A DNA stretch of 64,000 nt from Octopus sinensis. Its lineage: Eukaryota. Positions 12,843 through 26,171 of the stretch are shown piece after piece (positions within the stretch are counted from its first letter, which is position 1; each line of letters begins with the position of its first letter). The notes under the pieces were generated by a model, which did not search any database, had not been told where the DNA came from, and worked only from the letters and a program-made list of their open reading frames with translations. The stretch lies in NCBI RefSeq assembly GCF_006345805.1, contig NC_043013.1, positions 44,268,001-44,332,000 of the forward strand, written 5' to 3'. The position numbers and the translations under genes are program-made.

Positions 12843-12850
<8 letters not shown>
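11950..12850 (+). mobile_element. (TA)n-flanked AT-rich element carrying a hammerhead motif (Penelope pLTR-like)
   Basis: Bounded by (TA)n tracts at about 11925-11950 and 12850-12880; contains HHR 12556-12687; Penelope assignment is inference. Confidence 0.5.
12556..12687 (+). ncRNA. Type I hammerhead ribozyme with long loop 2
   Basis: TCCT-CTGATGA-GGCCT...(~95 nt)...AGGCT-GAAA-CAGCTG-TA|AGGA; helix I TCCT/AGGA, palindromic helix III, cleavage predicted after 12683. Confidence 0.75.
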
Positions 12851-12887
<37 letters not shown>

Positions 12888-14282
12888 CTCCATTTGTATG
12901 ATGGTTTTTGTAGTGTATGTACAGGTCCTTGTGGCAAATAAAAGAAGGATTGTTGTTAATGTTATTTTCAGTATGAGAGAGAATAGAGAACAAATTGTGT
13001 GATGTATTAAATGCCTTAGTCTCTTTATGTACTAAGTTCAAATCTTGCTAAGGTAAAATCATATCTTTCATTCTTCTGAGGTCATTAAAATGAGTAATAG
13101 TTGTTTAGCCTTAAGCCATCTTTGATTCACTAAATCAGTTATGGTTGGTATTTCTAGCATGTCAAGTGACCATCTAGAAACTCTGATAGGTTTGCTTAAA
13201 GAGCAGTTATTTTCCTTTAGTCCTGGGCTAAAGGAAATCACTCCTGATTGAACAGAATTACAATGAAAGGCATTCTAGCTTGACCTTCGCATTGATCTTA
13301 CAAGCTGGCACTGTGTACCTAAGACTACCTTACTGATTGTGACCTTTTATTTTATTCTATTTTTGAGACAGTGGCATGCAATTTGAGTGAGATTTGGTTA
13401 CCATTTCTAGCTCGTCAAAGAACCATATATGGCTTTTGGTTATTCTCCACCCTAAATTGTCTGGCCTTGTGCAATATCAAAAAAAAATCATCTTTATTTT
13501 TTTTTTTTTTTAATTATCATTTTGATGGTTTGTTTAAAAAAAAAGTTGGGTTTGTTGCTAATCTTTAGCAAGAGTTACTTCTGGTTCCCTGCTCATGTTA
13601 TCACCACCACTGCCACTACTGCCACCACCATGAGCCTGACACTAACAACTGACCCCATTCCCCTTCTTCCCTAACTAAGAAACCCCTGATCTACCTCTAA
13701 CAGATGTTCTTAGCTTTCTTGCCCAAACAACAAAATTCCTTGAAGCATTAAAGTTAATTTTTATCATTGCTGTACTCTAGTGTTATGACAACACCTTCAA
13801 TCACTCTGCTTACTCTTTCTCCCTTTACACCTCTCCTCCCCTACCACTTCTTGTTCTCCCTCTTCTCTTCTTTTCCTGTCTTCTTTCACCTTCTTCATCA
13901 ACTTCACATTTCTTTGTTCTCTCTTTCTCTCTCTCCCACACACACACACACACAACACTGAAAGAATTACACCAACTCTAAACCTCTACCACTGCAGCAG
14001 ACATGATGATTCCGACCCCTTTCCTGCAAGTAAATCAACTGGAATCTCTTCCCTTCCTTCTGTTTATCTTTGTATCCTATTATATGAGGAGATTTTAGAT
14101 GCCATTTTACCATTTTACACAACATTTACGCCTAAAAGAAATAATGCAATTTTCTGTAAATAGATTCTGTTTATTTATTGCATTTTGTCATTCTAATATT
14201 TCAAAGAAAAAAAAAAATAATAAATAAAAGAATAATGACAAGACTAAAAATTAATATTTAGAAATAAATATATATAAATACT

Positions 14283-14655
14283 TACTCTTTTACTTGTTTC
14301 AGTCATGTGACTGCGGCCATGCTGGAGCACCGCCTTTAGTTGAGCAAATCGACCCCAGGACTTATTCTTTGTAAGCCTAGTACTTATTCTGTCAGTTCTT
14401 TTGCCAAACCGCTAAGTTACAGGGATGTAAACACACCAGCATCGGTTGTCAAGCGATGTTGGGGGGACAAACTCAGACACACAAACATACACACACACAT
14501 ACATATATACGACGGGCTTCTTTCAGTTTCCTTCTACCAAATCCACTCACAAGGCTTTGGTCAGCCCGAGGCTGTAGTAGAAGACACTTGCCCAAAGTGC
14601 CACGCAGTGGGACTGAACCCGGAACCATGTGGTTCGTAAGCAAGCTACTTACCAA
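14283..14655 (-). mobile_element. tRNA-type SINE family B
   Basis: TACTCTTTTACTTGTTTCAGTC...GGGACTGAACCCGGAACCATGTGG; internal (CA/TA) tract; more than 15 copies in window. Confidence 0.85.
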
Positions 14656-15039
14656 TATAAACACGCAAATGTGTGTATATCATCATCACCATCATCATTT
14701 TAGCATTCACTTTCCCATACTTGCATAGATCAACAGAATTTGTTGAGGCAGATTTCCTATGGCCAGATGCTCTTCCTGTCACCAAACCTCACCTGTCTCC
14801 AAGGGAGGTAATATTCCTCCATGACCAAACATGCTTATACGGAAGACTGGAAACAAATGATAGTGCTTGTATAACAATGGGATGATACTTGTTTGCAGCT
14901 GTTAAGCAATCCCCAACAGGGGGGTAGAAACACACACACAGGCATGTGTACTACAGACTTCTTTCAGTTTCCAATTACAATATTCATTCTGTGCTGTATG
15001 AATATGTCCCTCATAAATCAAATAGCCAATGCTACTAGC

Positions 15040-15625
15040 TTACTCCATGAGGGAGTTGAGAATATTCTGTGCAATCCAGTTTCTGCTCAGTAGGTGTCAT
15101 GTCCTCTGACACCTGATCAAAAGCGCACCAGGCTGATCACATCCCAAGAAAATCTGATATTGTTTGAGTTAGGTCCAGCTGATTTCCTTGAATGTTTCCT
15201 AATACAGAATGAGAGTTAGCTTCATCACTTTGAACCAGAGACAAAGAGACAATCCATATGGTGGAAACACCCCTCTTCAAAGAAGTGGAAACTCACCTGC
15301 TTCAATGAAGGCCAAGGTAGTTTCATCTGCAGGGAAGGTGATGGGCTCAGGTTTTTGGAATGCAAAAGACGTATTTATTGACTATCTTCAAAAGGACCAC
15401 ACCATCAATGAAAAGTATCACAGTGATAATGACATCATATCTGTAGTTGATGATTTTTTTCACCAACAAAGTGAAAGTTTCTTCACCAGTTGGATCCAAG
15501 CACTTGCAACACCGATAGAAGAGGTGAGTGGACCACAAGAGGGACTATGTTGAAAAATAAACCTCATTTGATCACATTCCAGGAGATTATCTTGGTCAAT
15601 CTATGAAATTTTCAGCTGACCCTCG
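15040..15625 (+). pseudogene. mariner transposase relic, internally deleted
   Basis: HHFEPETKRQS, KAKVVSSAGKVM..FW, DYLQKDHTIN, then a jump to the C-terminal part ending ..DYVEK*; 3' TIR ending GACCCTCG followed by TA. Confidence 0.75.
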
Positions 15626-15643
15626 TATACAGCAAATTCATGC

Positions 15644-15975
15644 TCATCATCATCATTGTTCGACCGTGGTTGAGACAATGGAATTTACTATGCTACGCCA
15701 GACTTCACGGTCCATCATAGCATTACGGAGGTCCTGTTGCTTGATGCTTGTATCCCTGGAGATTACATCAGGGTAGGAGAATGTGCACCCTCTGGTATCA
15801 CAAATAGATGGCTTCCAGAGGAGAAGAGTAGAAACTACCTCGTTTTCAGCTCTACAACAATGTCCAGCAAACTGGACTCTTCTACCTTTCACAAGAGATG
15901 ACACAGGTGGTAGTTTCCCATATATTTGTACTTTGGTTGAATGATGCTTCCACGAGAGATTTTGAGCTCTCATAA
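15644..15975 (-). mobile_element. RTE-clade LINE 3' fragment
   Basis: RAQNLSWKHH...KLPPVSSLVKGRRVQFAGHC...DREVWRSIVNSIVSTTVEQ* followed by a (TGA)n tail. Confidence 0.85.
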
Positions 15976-16442
15976 GGAAATCCATGCTACAGATTGCAAT
16001 GAAAAGAATATGGGGGTGTAACAGACAACACAGCAAAAGAAGTAGTGTAATTGATAAGACAGCAAACAATAGAATTGCTTGTATTGACAATTTTTAAAAA
16101 TATCGTAAGGAGTTGGTATATTAAGAAGGAATTGCCCAAAATGTTCATTCTAATTTATTGCTCAAATGATTATGGAATGTAAGTAATGGTTATATACACA
16201 CAGCTACCTGTCTATCTATCTATCTATCTATCTATCTACACACACATATATATATATATAATAGAAACAGGTTTCAAAGTAAAAAGAAACAAAAAAATGT
16301 ACACTGGATATAAAAGTAATGGCTTTTTTCTTTATAAAAACAAAGATACATACATACAAGTAAATGATTTGAATCAACCAGGATATTGAAGGTGCACGCA
16401 TGTTCACAGTCCTTAAATGGATCAGTTCAAATAAAAAAAACA

Positions 16443-16475
<33 letters not shown>

Positions 16476-16969
16476 AGCAGATGTTGGTGTAATGGATGTA
16501 CTGAGCTAATGTTTCATTTTTGCTGATTACTAATGATTACCAGACAAAATTTTAATTAATATTGACACTGCTGGGTGAAATAGTACTGCCCAGGTATCAA
16601 AACCATAATGATATCCATTTGGCAGCTGATGTTGGGTATACCTATTTGTTATATTTGTTGTGCATTTTTTATACTATAGTCTCATTATTCTGAATTCTCC
16701 ATCAGTCTAGTAAAGTGGAATGTGTTTGTGAATTCATGGTCTATGGAGACTATTTACATTGATATTGGTTGTTTTTCTTCATAGATAATCTTATTAAGCT
16801 TAGATAATGCTTAGATATTGGTGTCTAGTTTTGGGAGGGTCTGTGGCATATATATACATTTACTATCTAGCTATCTAGCTAGCTATTTAATCTCTATTTT
16901 ATTTATTTGATTCTTGATGCAGTCACAATATTTGAAGAACGTTTTTCTTAAGTTAAAAATTAGTAATTA

Positions 16970-17240
16970 TCATCATCATCATTTAACGTCTGTTGTCCAT
17001 GCTGGCATGGGTTGGACGGTTTGACCAGGGCTGGCAAGCTGTACCAGACAGCAGTCTGATTTGGCATGGTTTCTATGGCTGGATGCCCTTCCGAACACCG
17101 ACCACCCCAAAAGTGTAATGGGTGCTTTTTGCATGACACAAGTATCTGCCATCATTGCAATTTCACTTGGCTTAATGGGTCTTCTTCCCAAGTGTGACAT
17201 AATGCCAAAGGTCTCGCTCATTTGTTATTACCTCTGTGAG
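16970..17240 (-). mobile_element. SINE-like family C, diverged
   Basis: (CAT)n-TTTAACGTCTGTTGTCCATGCTGGCATGGGTTGGACGG. Confidence 0.7.
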
Positions 17241-18450
17241 GCCCATCACTCAAAAGGTGCTAAGAAAATTTTAAAATCATATGTATGTAAGCTTGTTTGT
17301 TCATTCCTATTTCTTTTATCTTTTACTTGTCATTAGACTGCTTCCATACTAGCTTGCCACCTTGAGGAATTTTAACCAACTGAATTGATCCCAGTATTAC
17401 CTTTTTTGTAAAGCCTGATCTATTGGTTTCTTTTGCCAAACTGCAAAGTTACAGGGATGTAAACACACCAACACTGGTTGCCAGGTGGTGGTAGAGGATA
17501 AGCACACATACACATACAATAAGCTTCTTTCAGTCTCCGTGTACCAAATCCACTTACAAGGCTTTGGTCAATCTGGGACTATCATAGAAGGCACTGCCCT
17601 AATGTGCCATGCACTAGGACTGAACCTAGAACTATGTGGTTGAGAAGCAAAATTCTTACCATACAGCCATCCCTACACACACACACACATATATATATAT
17701 ATACACGCACACACACATACCTGCATACATACACCAGAGTAGAAGACTAGTAACAACCATCATATACCATTTTCCATAAAACATAGAGTTAACAAGAGAC
17801 AAAAAGTAAGAAAACAAATAACAAAAAAGACTTCAAAAACACCCGATGTGCAGGTGTTTAAAAGTTTTAACTGATTCTATCTTTCATAAGGTAGGGAGTG
17901 AGAATTACTACAGTTGTATGTAATTAGTACGACATATACCATCTGATGACAGTTGAAGAAGTCGTTCATCAAAACTGCCATGTCAGACAAGGACACAGAA
18001 AATGGTTCTCTGTAACCAAAACAATCGGTCCATTGGGAATGTATTATTTGCTGATGTTGTTGTCAGTTGTTTTTCAGTTTCAAAGGGAAAAAAATATCAA
18101 CACTACCACCACCATTAGTAATAATGGTATCAAATTTTGGCACAAGGCCAGTAATTTCAAAGGGAGGGACAATTCAAATACATTGAACTGAGTGCTTAAC
18201 TGGGACTTTATTTTATCAACCCCAAAAGGGTAAAAAGCAAAGTGATTTGAACTCAGAACCTAGAGAACCAGAAGAAACATGCTAATGATTCTATTCTGCC
18301 AGTCTGTTGCCTTAACAACAATTATAATAACCTCTTTCTAATTTTGGCACAAATCCAGCAATACTGAGGTGAGATGGAGGTTGATTACATCAACCTCAAA
18401 CTGGTACTTTATTTTATCAACCCTGAAAGGATTAAAGACAAAGTTTGCTT

Positions 18451-18850
18451 CTCAGCCACATTGTTTTGGGTTCTGTCCCATTGTGTGGTACCTTGAGTAA
18501 GTGTCTTCTACTACATTCTTGACCTGGCCAGGGAAACTACCACCTGTGTCATCTCTTGTGAAAGATAAGAGAGTCCAGTTTGCTGGACATTGTTGTAGAG
18601 CTGAAAAAGAGGTAATTTCTACCCTTCTCCTCTGGAAGCCATTTACTCGCAATACCAGAGGGCGCACACTCTCCTACCCTGATGTAATCTCCAGGGATAC
18701 AGGCATCTAGCAACAGGACCTCCGTAATGCCATGATAGACCATGAAGTCTGGCGTAGTATGGTAAATTCCATTGTCTCGACCACGGTCGAACAATGATGA
18801 TGATGAAAGCCTTGTGAGTGGATTTGGTGGGCAGATACTGAAAGAAGCTT
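18451..18850 (+). mobile_element. SINE family B fragment with nested RTE insertion
   Basis: SINE sequence ...GTGTCTTCTACT...GGCCA resumes as AAAGCCTTGTGAGTGGATTTGG at 18806. Confidence 0.7.
18531..18805 (+). mobile_element. RTE-clade LINE 3' fragment (same family as 15644-15975)
   Basis: GKLPPVSSLVKDKRVQFAGHCCRAEKEVISTLLLWKP...STTVEQ* plus (TGA)n. Confidence 0.85.
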
Positions 18851-19361
18851 TTTAATAGCTACTAAATTTGTTGAGTATATAAACAGATTATCTGCTTGTT
18901 TCTCTAGGATTGGCCAACTTGATAAAGACACCTCTATTAAGAATACAATAATCTTCAAAAATTGTTTATCATTTTTTTTTCAATGTAGAAACAGATAAAT
19001 TGGTACGGTTTACATATCTACTTACTGCATAGGTTACATGTGTGTGTTTGTGTGTATTCACAATTGTATATTCACAAAATAATGCAAATAAAGAAGGCTA
19101 GCTCATCAGATCACGAGAACATCATGGTTACACCAACAATTAATTGTATAATACCAAGCATGCATATTAATGCAAACATGTAAGCATAATTTCATTCTCA
19201 CTAAAATTAATACTACATGAAGAAAGTTGTGAAATGGTTCTAACCCTAAGGGTGTTTCATGGTTAATTAGATATATATTCATATATATTCACCTCTCATA
19301 CCTCCTGTCTTTTATATATATATATATATATCAAAATAAGCAACAAGGATATCTAGAGGTG

Positions 19362-19450
19362 ATGCAGTATGATCATTTCATGCAACTCCATTTAATTGAA
19401 CAATGCAATCATTACATCAATTTAAAATGTAGAGCAATCTTCAGCTGCAC
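19362..19450 (-). ncRNA. Candidate type I hammerhead ribozyme
   Basis: Minus strand GTGCAG-CTGAAGA-TTGC...GCAT-GAAA-TGATCA-TA|CTGCAT; 6-bp helix I, palindromic helix III, weak helix II with U-U at its base. Confidence 0.6.
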
Positions 19451-19574
19451 AAAGACATAGAATTTAACTAAATTAGAACAGGTGGACACAGTATAATTAT
19501 ACCTAAAATCTCCAAGAAGTTAAGGAGATAAACTAAAAACATGTAACCAGCCCACTTACGAGTACCTTACCTTC

Positions 19575-20108
19575 ATTGGACATAAACTCTGCTTGCGAAG
19601 ACCTGTTGAGGCAAGTGAAATCGAAATCAAATTCGATGACTGGCATCCGTGCTAGTGGAGCACTAAGTGCACCATCCAAGTGTAATTATTGCCAGAGCTG
19701 CTGACTGGCTTCCATGCCGGTGGCACGTAAAAAGCACCATTCGACTGTGATCATTACCTGCATTGCCTTACTGGCACTTGTGCTGGAGGCACGTGAAAAA
19801 ACATTCAAGCAAGGTCGTTGCCAGTGCCACTGGACTGGCTCCTGTGCAGGTGGCACATAAAAAGCACCATTTGAGCGTGGCAGTTGTCAGTACTGCCTGA
19901 CTGCCCCCCCCCCCGTGCCGGTGGCATGTAAATGCACCCACTACACTCTCGGAGTGGTTGGCGTTAGGAAGGGCATCCAGCTGTAGAAACTCTGCCAGGT
20001 CAGATTGGAGTCTGGTGCAGCCATGTGGTTTGCCAGTCCTCAGTCAAATCGTCCAACCCATGCTAGCATGGAAAGCAGATGTTAAACAATGATAATGATG
20101 ATGATGAT
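19575..20108 (+). mobile_element. SINE-like family C with ~4 internal ~65-bp subrepeats
   Basis: Repeated GTGCCGGTGGCACGTAAAAAGCACC units then CATGGAAAGCAGATGTTAAAC(GAT)n. Confidence 0.8.
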
Positions 20109-20356
20109 ATATACAGTAATCGCTCGACTATTGGGAGCGTAATGTTCCAAAACTTCCCACAGAAATAATTAAAATCTAAAAAATTTATAAATACCCATCA
20201 GAAACCGGATATACTGAGAAGTCCACAGTTTAAATTTACATATATTAACCAGAAAAATCTGTGATATACTGTGTGTGCGATAGGTGAACCATGATGTACT
20301 GAGTGTGCAATAGGTGAACCGTGATATGATGAGGGATTACTGTATGTATGCATGTG

Positions 20357-20399
<43 letters not shown>

Positions 20400-20669
20400 A
20401 AAATACAAACTGGGACATGCATACATATATGAAGGCACATGGCCTAGTGGTTAGGGTGTTGCACTCACAACCGCTAGATCATGATTTCAATTCCTAGACG
20501 GGGTTGTGCATTGTGTCCTTGAGCAAAGTACTTCATTTGACATTGCTCTGTGATCACTTCGATGCCTGGTACACCGTGCATCTGTTCAGACAACTTAATG
20601 GAGAGAGTGAGCTAATGTGTGGCATGGACATTTGACCACTATAAACAAATCATTTTTGCAGGTCATTGA

Positions 20670-20945
20670 TGCTTTGCGAAAAAGACAAAAATTTCTGCAG
20701 CTCAGCTGGGATGTGTTACCCCACCATCCATATTCAACAGATATTGCTCCTTCGGATTTTCACTTATTCAGGTCTCTGCAGAATAGTCTTAATAGTAAAA
20801 ATTTCAATTCCTTGGATGACATAAAAAGATACCTTGATGAATTCTTTGCCATGAAACCACCTCAATTCTGGGAAGAGGGTATTTTCAAATAAAAGGAAAG
20901 ATGGAGATGCATTGTGCAACCAAATGGTTCATATTTGGTTGATTA
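20670..20945 (+). pseudogene. mariner transposase C-terminal relic
   Basis: WDVLPHHPYSTDIAPSDFHLFRSLQNSL (YSPDLAPSD motif). Confidence 0.8.
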
Positions 20946-22043
20946 AAAATGTAATGGCTAGTATTTATTGACCTTTATCTTTCCTTTCAAGCCCATGGTT
21001 CCAAGTACAATACCATACCATGTGTGACACCTTGGGTAAATGCTTTCTCCTATAATCCCAGACTGACCTAAACTTTCTTAGTGGATTTGGTAGACAGAAA
21101 CTGAAAGAAGCCTGTCTCGTTGCCTTGACATCTTGTGATAGTTGTACACAAGTGTCACTATGATGCAAGCGGTATCCTTTCTTTCTTTCCAATCTTCCAC
21201 AACTGACTACATGTCTGGCCATGGGGAAATACTACTTTACTTAGAAGCAGGTGAAAGTTGGTGACAGGAAGAGCATCCAGTTGTAGAATATCTGCCTCAA
21301 CAAATTCTGTCTAATCTATGCAGAGCATGGGAAAGTGGATATGAAAAACAATGATGTCAATGGTGATATATTAGTTTATTTAGACCACTCCAGGAGCCTG
21401 TTACTTTAGAGTTTTCAAAACCATTTAGCCACTCCTGTAGATGAATCAAAGTGGACAGAGGAATACAATCCATTACACCCATCCTATGTGCATGTATAGT
21501 TGTGTGTGTGTGTGTGTTTATTCAGTACTAGCGTATCAATATGATAGTTTAGTACTGAATGCTTCACTCAGATTTCTGAAAAGTCTCCTTCAATCTGTCT
21601 TGTTAACCAAAAAATAAATAAATAAATAAATAAAGTGAAAACAAATAAGTAAAATGTATAAATAAACATTTAGATAAACAAATATACAGTACGGTTTGAA
21701 GAATCACTTATGTAGAGCAAATAAATTCCTTACAAATTTCATCCACCCTGACATTTGGTGCTGTCAATCTTGAAATGAGAAGTGGGGAAGGAGAGAGAGA
21801 GAGAGAAGAGGGAGAGAGAGAGAGAGTACAATATATCACGGTGTAGGAGGGGGGCATTGTGGAACAAGTGATAAGAACCCAATGAGCTGAGTCTGTGATA
21901 TGGTTTTATTTCAGAATTGCAACCAACTCATATGTCTTGGGTTAAGTTTGCTTCTCAACCATATGGTTCTCAGTTCAGCCCTCCTATGCAGCATCTTGGA
22001 AGACAAATGTCTGTCTTCTAACATGTCCTTCATTTAAATAATA

Positions 22044-22260
22044 CCTATTTCTTTACTACCCACAAGAAGACAAACAAGGACAGACAAACGAATTAAGTCG
22101 ATTATATCGACCCCAGTGCGTAACTAGTACTTATTTAATCGACCCCGAAAGGATGAAAGGCAAAGTCGACCTCGGCGGAATTTGAACTCAGAATGTAACC
22201 ACAGACGAAATACCGCTGAGCATTTCACCCGGTGTGCTAAGGTATCTACCAGCTCACCAC
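22044..22260 (-). mobile_element. SINE family A
   Basis: Reverse complement of family A consensus. Confidence 0.85.
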
Positions 22261-23039
22261 CTTATCTACCATGTGAGTAGAATTACAGAGATGAAAGTTG
22301 TGTGGGACCACATTATGTGTAATGAATTCTGTCTGACCCATGCAAGTTTGGAAAAGTGAATGTTAAATCATCATGATGATGGTGCTGGTGATAATGGTGG
22401 TGATGGTTGTAGTGATAATGGTGGTGGTTATAATAAAGCTGGCAATACCGGTGCTGGTGGCCACATAAAAAATACTGGTGATAGTACTATGTAAAAAGCA
22501 CTGGTGCTGGTCCCATGTGAAAGACAGTGGTGCTATGTAAAAAGCACCTAGTATTCTCTGTAAAGTTGCTGGCATTATGAAGGGCATCTAGCTGTAGAAA
22601 CCAAGCCAGACAGGCAATTGAACCTGATGCAGCCCCTGACCTTACTTGCTCCTGTCAAACCATTCAACCCATGCCAGCATGGAAATGGACGTTAAATGAT
22701 GATGATGAATCATATTTGGGTGTCATGAAATGACTACATCCACCAACCTTTCAAGTAAAAAAAAAATTGTGGTCATTATGGGATAGGCACAGGTGTGGAT
22801 GTATGATAAGAAGCTAGCTTCCCAATGACAAGCTTCTGGGTTCAGTCCCACTGTGTGGCACTTTGGGCAATTGTCTTCTGCTATAGCTTCAGGTCAACCA
22901 AAGCCTTGTGAGTGGGTTTGGTAGATGGAAACTGAAAGAAGCTCATCATATATATATATATATATATATATAAACGTAGCATCCAATATCCACCCTCGAT
23001 TATATGGGGACTAGTTAAGAATATTTCTACAAGAATGTG

Positions 23040-23460
23040 ACATTTAGGTCCCGCCAACAATTTGCAAAGAAAGCCAAAGATGTTGCAAGTATGAGGATTA
23101 CTGGTCAGTGCAGCTGGTATATTTGCAGTCGTTTTTCTCCCTTGCTTTGCACCCCAAAGCTTGTTAATGCTGGTTGCAACAAAGTTTTTCATACCATTTT
23201 GACGCAACAATCTCCATTTTGTTTGTTCCAAAGCTGTTCACTCAAAGATGTTGTGAGTTATCTTCATTTCTAAGAGGTTACTTTTCAGCTTGTCGTTATA
23301 TCTGAGCCATAGTCAACCAACATTCCTGTGCCCATTATCAAGCTGGCTGTACATGAGGACTTCGGGTATTCTTTCATTACCATGGCCAGCCCAGTGCAAT
23401 CACGATTGCATAAGGAAGCTCTCAATTCCACCAATCTTACACTTGCTAAACAAGTTGGCA
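23040..23460 (-). pseudogene. RTE (BovB-like) ORF C-terminal relic
   Basis: LHWAGH..RIPEVLMYSQL..GHRNVG..RYNDKLKSNL..KWR..CNIFGFLCKLLAGPKCH (Cys/His tail), with stops. Confidence 0.7.
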
Positions 23461-23685
23461 TTGATACATACTTATGTATTGAATAAAAATTTTTAAAAGA
23501 ACAAATAAATAACTGGTGTAATAATAAAAATATATGTGGCTTTTTTAAATATATTTAATAAAAGAATAATTGTCTCCAAATTGATGTAATATTCTAACCT
23601 CAAAGTGAAGAAACCTAGTGAAATTACTGCTTTTTGCATAAAAACTGTTTTTCTTTTCTTGCTTTTTTTAATAGCAAAATGAAAT

Positions 23686-23726
<41 letters not shown>

Positions 23727-23920
23727 GAATTGTGGTATGTGTATGGGATGGGAAGTGTGTGTACATGTGTACCACAAATCTGTCAATGGCATTAAGCATA
23801 TATGACCTTAGTTATTGTTTTATTGCATTATAAACCTCTTATAATATCACAGTACTATATATTTGTATGAATGCTTATAGTATTGTGATAATATGTTTAT
23901 ATATGTATTTTTATATATTA

Positions 23921-24318
23921 CTAGCAGTATCGCCCGGCGTTGCTCGGGTTTGTAAGGGAAATAACTATATAAGCATTTTTAGAGAGTTATAGCCTAAAAA
24001 TAGCAAAAAAATGCATTAAAAATGGAAAAAAAATTATGGTAAATTTTTTTTTAAATCGTTGACTCATCGTAGACATTTTTAGAGAGTTACTTCCCTTATA
24101 TAATAGCGAAAAAATGCATTAAAATGGAAAAAAATGATGGTAAATTTTATTTTAAATCGTAGACTCATCGTAGACGCACGCTAATACCCAGAAGGGCTCG
24201 ATATGAATCACGACTATAAGATACCCGGTTTTGGTTAAACTGTACCGCAAAATGTGGGAGTAGTTAGGAATCTAAATCGTAGGAGACAGACACACAACTT
24301 CACTTTTATATATAAAGA
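23921..24318 (-). mobile_element. Non-autonomous Helitron, copy 1 of dimer
   Basis: Minus strand starts TC (24318), ends with hairpin CCCGAGCAACGCCGGG then CTAG (23924-21), followed by T. Confidence 0.8.
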
Positions 24319-24824
24319 CTAGCAGTATCGCCCGGCGTTGCTCGGGTTTGTAAGGGAAATAACTATATAAGCATTTTTAGAGAGTTACTTCCCTTATAAA
24401 TTCGGGCTTTCTTAGCCATTTTTGTTTTGGTGTCTTCAAGCCATGAAGTCGTCGTTCTAAAAGAACGCTGGTTTCCTTCACAACGCATTACGACGTTGAT
24501 TTCTTTACACTCCCTTCCCCACAGCTTCACGAGGGAGGGAAGGGGGAGAAGCAAACAGGTGCAGCTGTGACCATGGACGCCAACACCGCCGCCATCGACA
24601 TACGATGCATTTTATGCATTAAAATGGAATAAAAAATGATGTTAAATTATTTTTAAAATCGTAGACTCATCGTTGACGCGCGCTAATAGTCAGACGGGCT
24701 CGATATGAATCACGACTATAAGATACCCGAATTTGGTTAAACTGCACCGCAAAATGTGGGAGGAGTTAGGAATCTAAATCGAAGGGGACAGACACTCACA
24801 CAACTAGAGTTTTATATATATAGA
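24319..24824 (-). mobile_element. Non-autonomous Helitron, copy 2 of dimer
   Basis: Minus strand A|TCTATATATATAAAA start at 24824, same hairpin and CTAG end at 24319. Confidence 0.8.
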
Positions 24825-24932
24825 TATCATATATGTAAAGCATATGTTATACATGTATGCATAAATAGACATAATACAATGTCTAAAAGTTGATGAATAT
24901 CACATCTTGATCCCCTCCATTTTCTTATTGCT

Positions 24933-25435
24933 GTATATATATATATATATATATACATATATATACATATACATATAGATATACATACGTATATATATAT
25001 ACATACGTATATATACATACGTATATATACATACATCTATATATACATACATATACATATACATATACATACGTATATATATATATATATATATACATAC
25101 GTATATATACATACATATAGATATACATAATATATACATACATATATACATACATAACATACATACATATAATATATACATACATATATACATACATACA
25201 TATATACATAATATATATATACATACATATATATATACTACATATACATACATATATATATACATACATATATACATAATATATACATACATATATATTA
25301 TACATATATACATACATATATATACATATATATTACATACATACATATATATATATACATATATACATACATATATACATACATATATATATACATACAT
25401 ACATACATATATATACATACATAATACATATATAT

Positions 25436-25468
<33 letters not shown>

Positions 25469-25604
25469 TATACATCATACATATACATACATACATATAT
25501 ATACATACATATTATATACATACATATATATATATACATATTATATACATACATATATATACATACATACATATATAACATACATACATACATATATAAC
25601 ATAC

Positions 25605-25651
<47 letters not shown>

Positions 25652-26171
25652 CATACATATATATACATACATAATACATACATATATACATACATATATA
25701 CATACATTATACATACATATACATACATACATACATAATACATACATATATATATACATACATACATATATATACATACATAATATATATACATATATAT
25801 ATACATACATATATATAATACATATATATATACATACATATATATATAACATACATATATATATACTACATATATATACATCATACATATATATATACAT
25901 ACATATATATATACATACAATATATATACATACATACATACATATATATATACATACATAATATATATATACATACATATATATATACATACATATATAT
26001 ATACATACATACATTATATATACATACATATATATTATACATACATATATATATATATCATACATATATATATACATACATACATATATACATACATAAT
26101 ATATATATAATACATACATATATATATACATACTATATATATACATACTATATATATACATACATACATAC

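Noticed and set aside
13211-13237. 12-bp stem with 3-nt loop as a possible pre-miRNA
   Set aside because: Too short and the loop too small for a Drosha/Dicer hairpin
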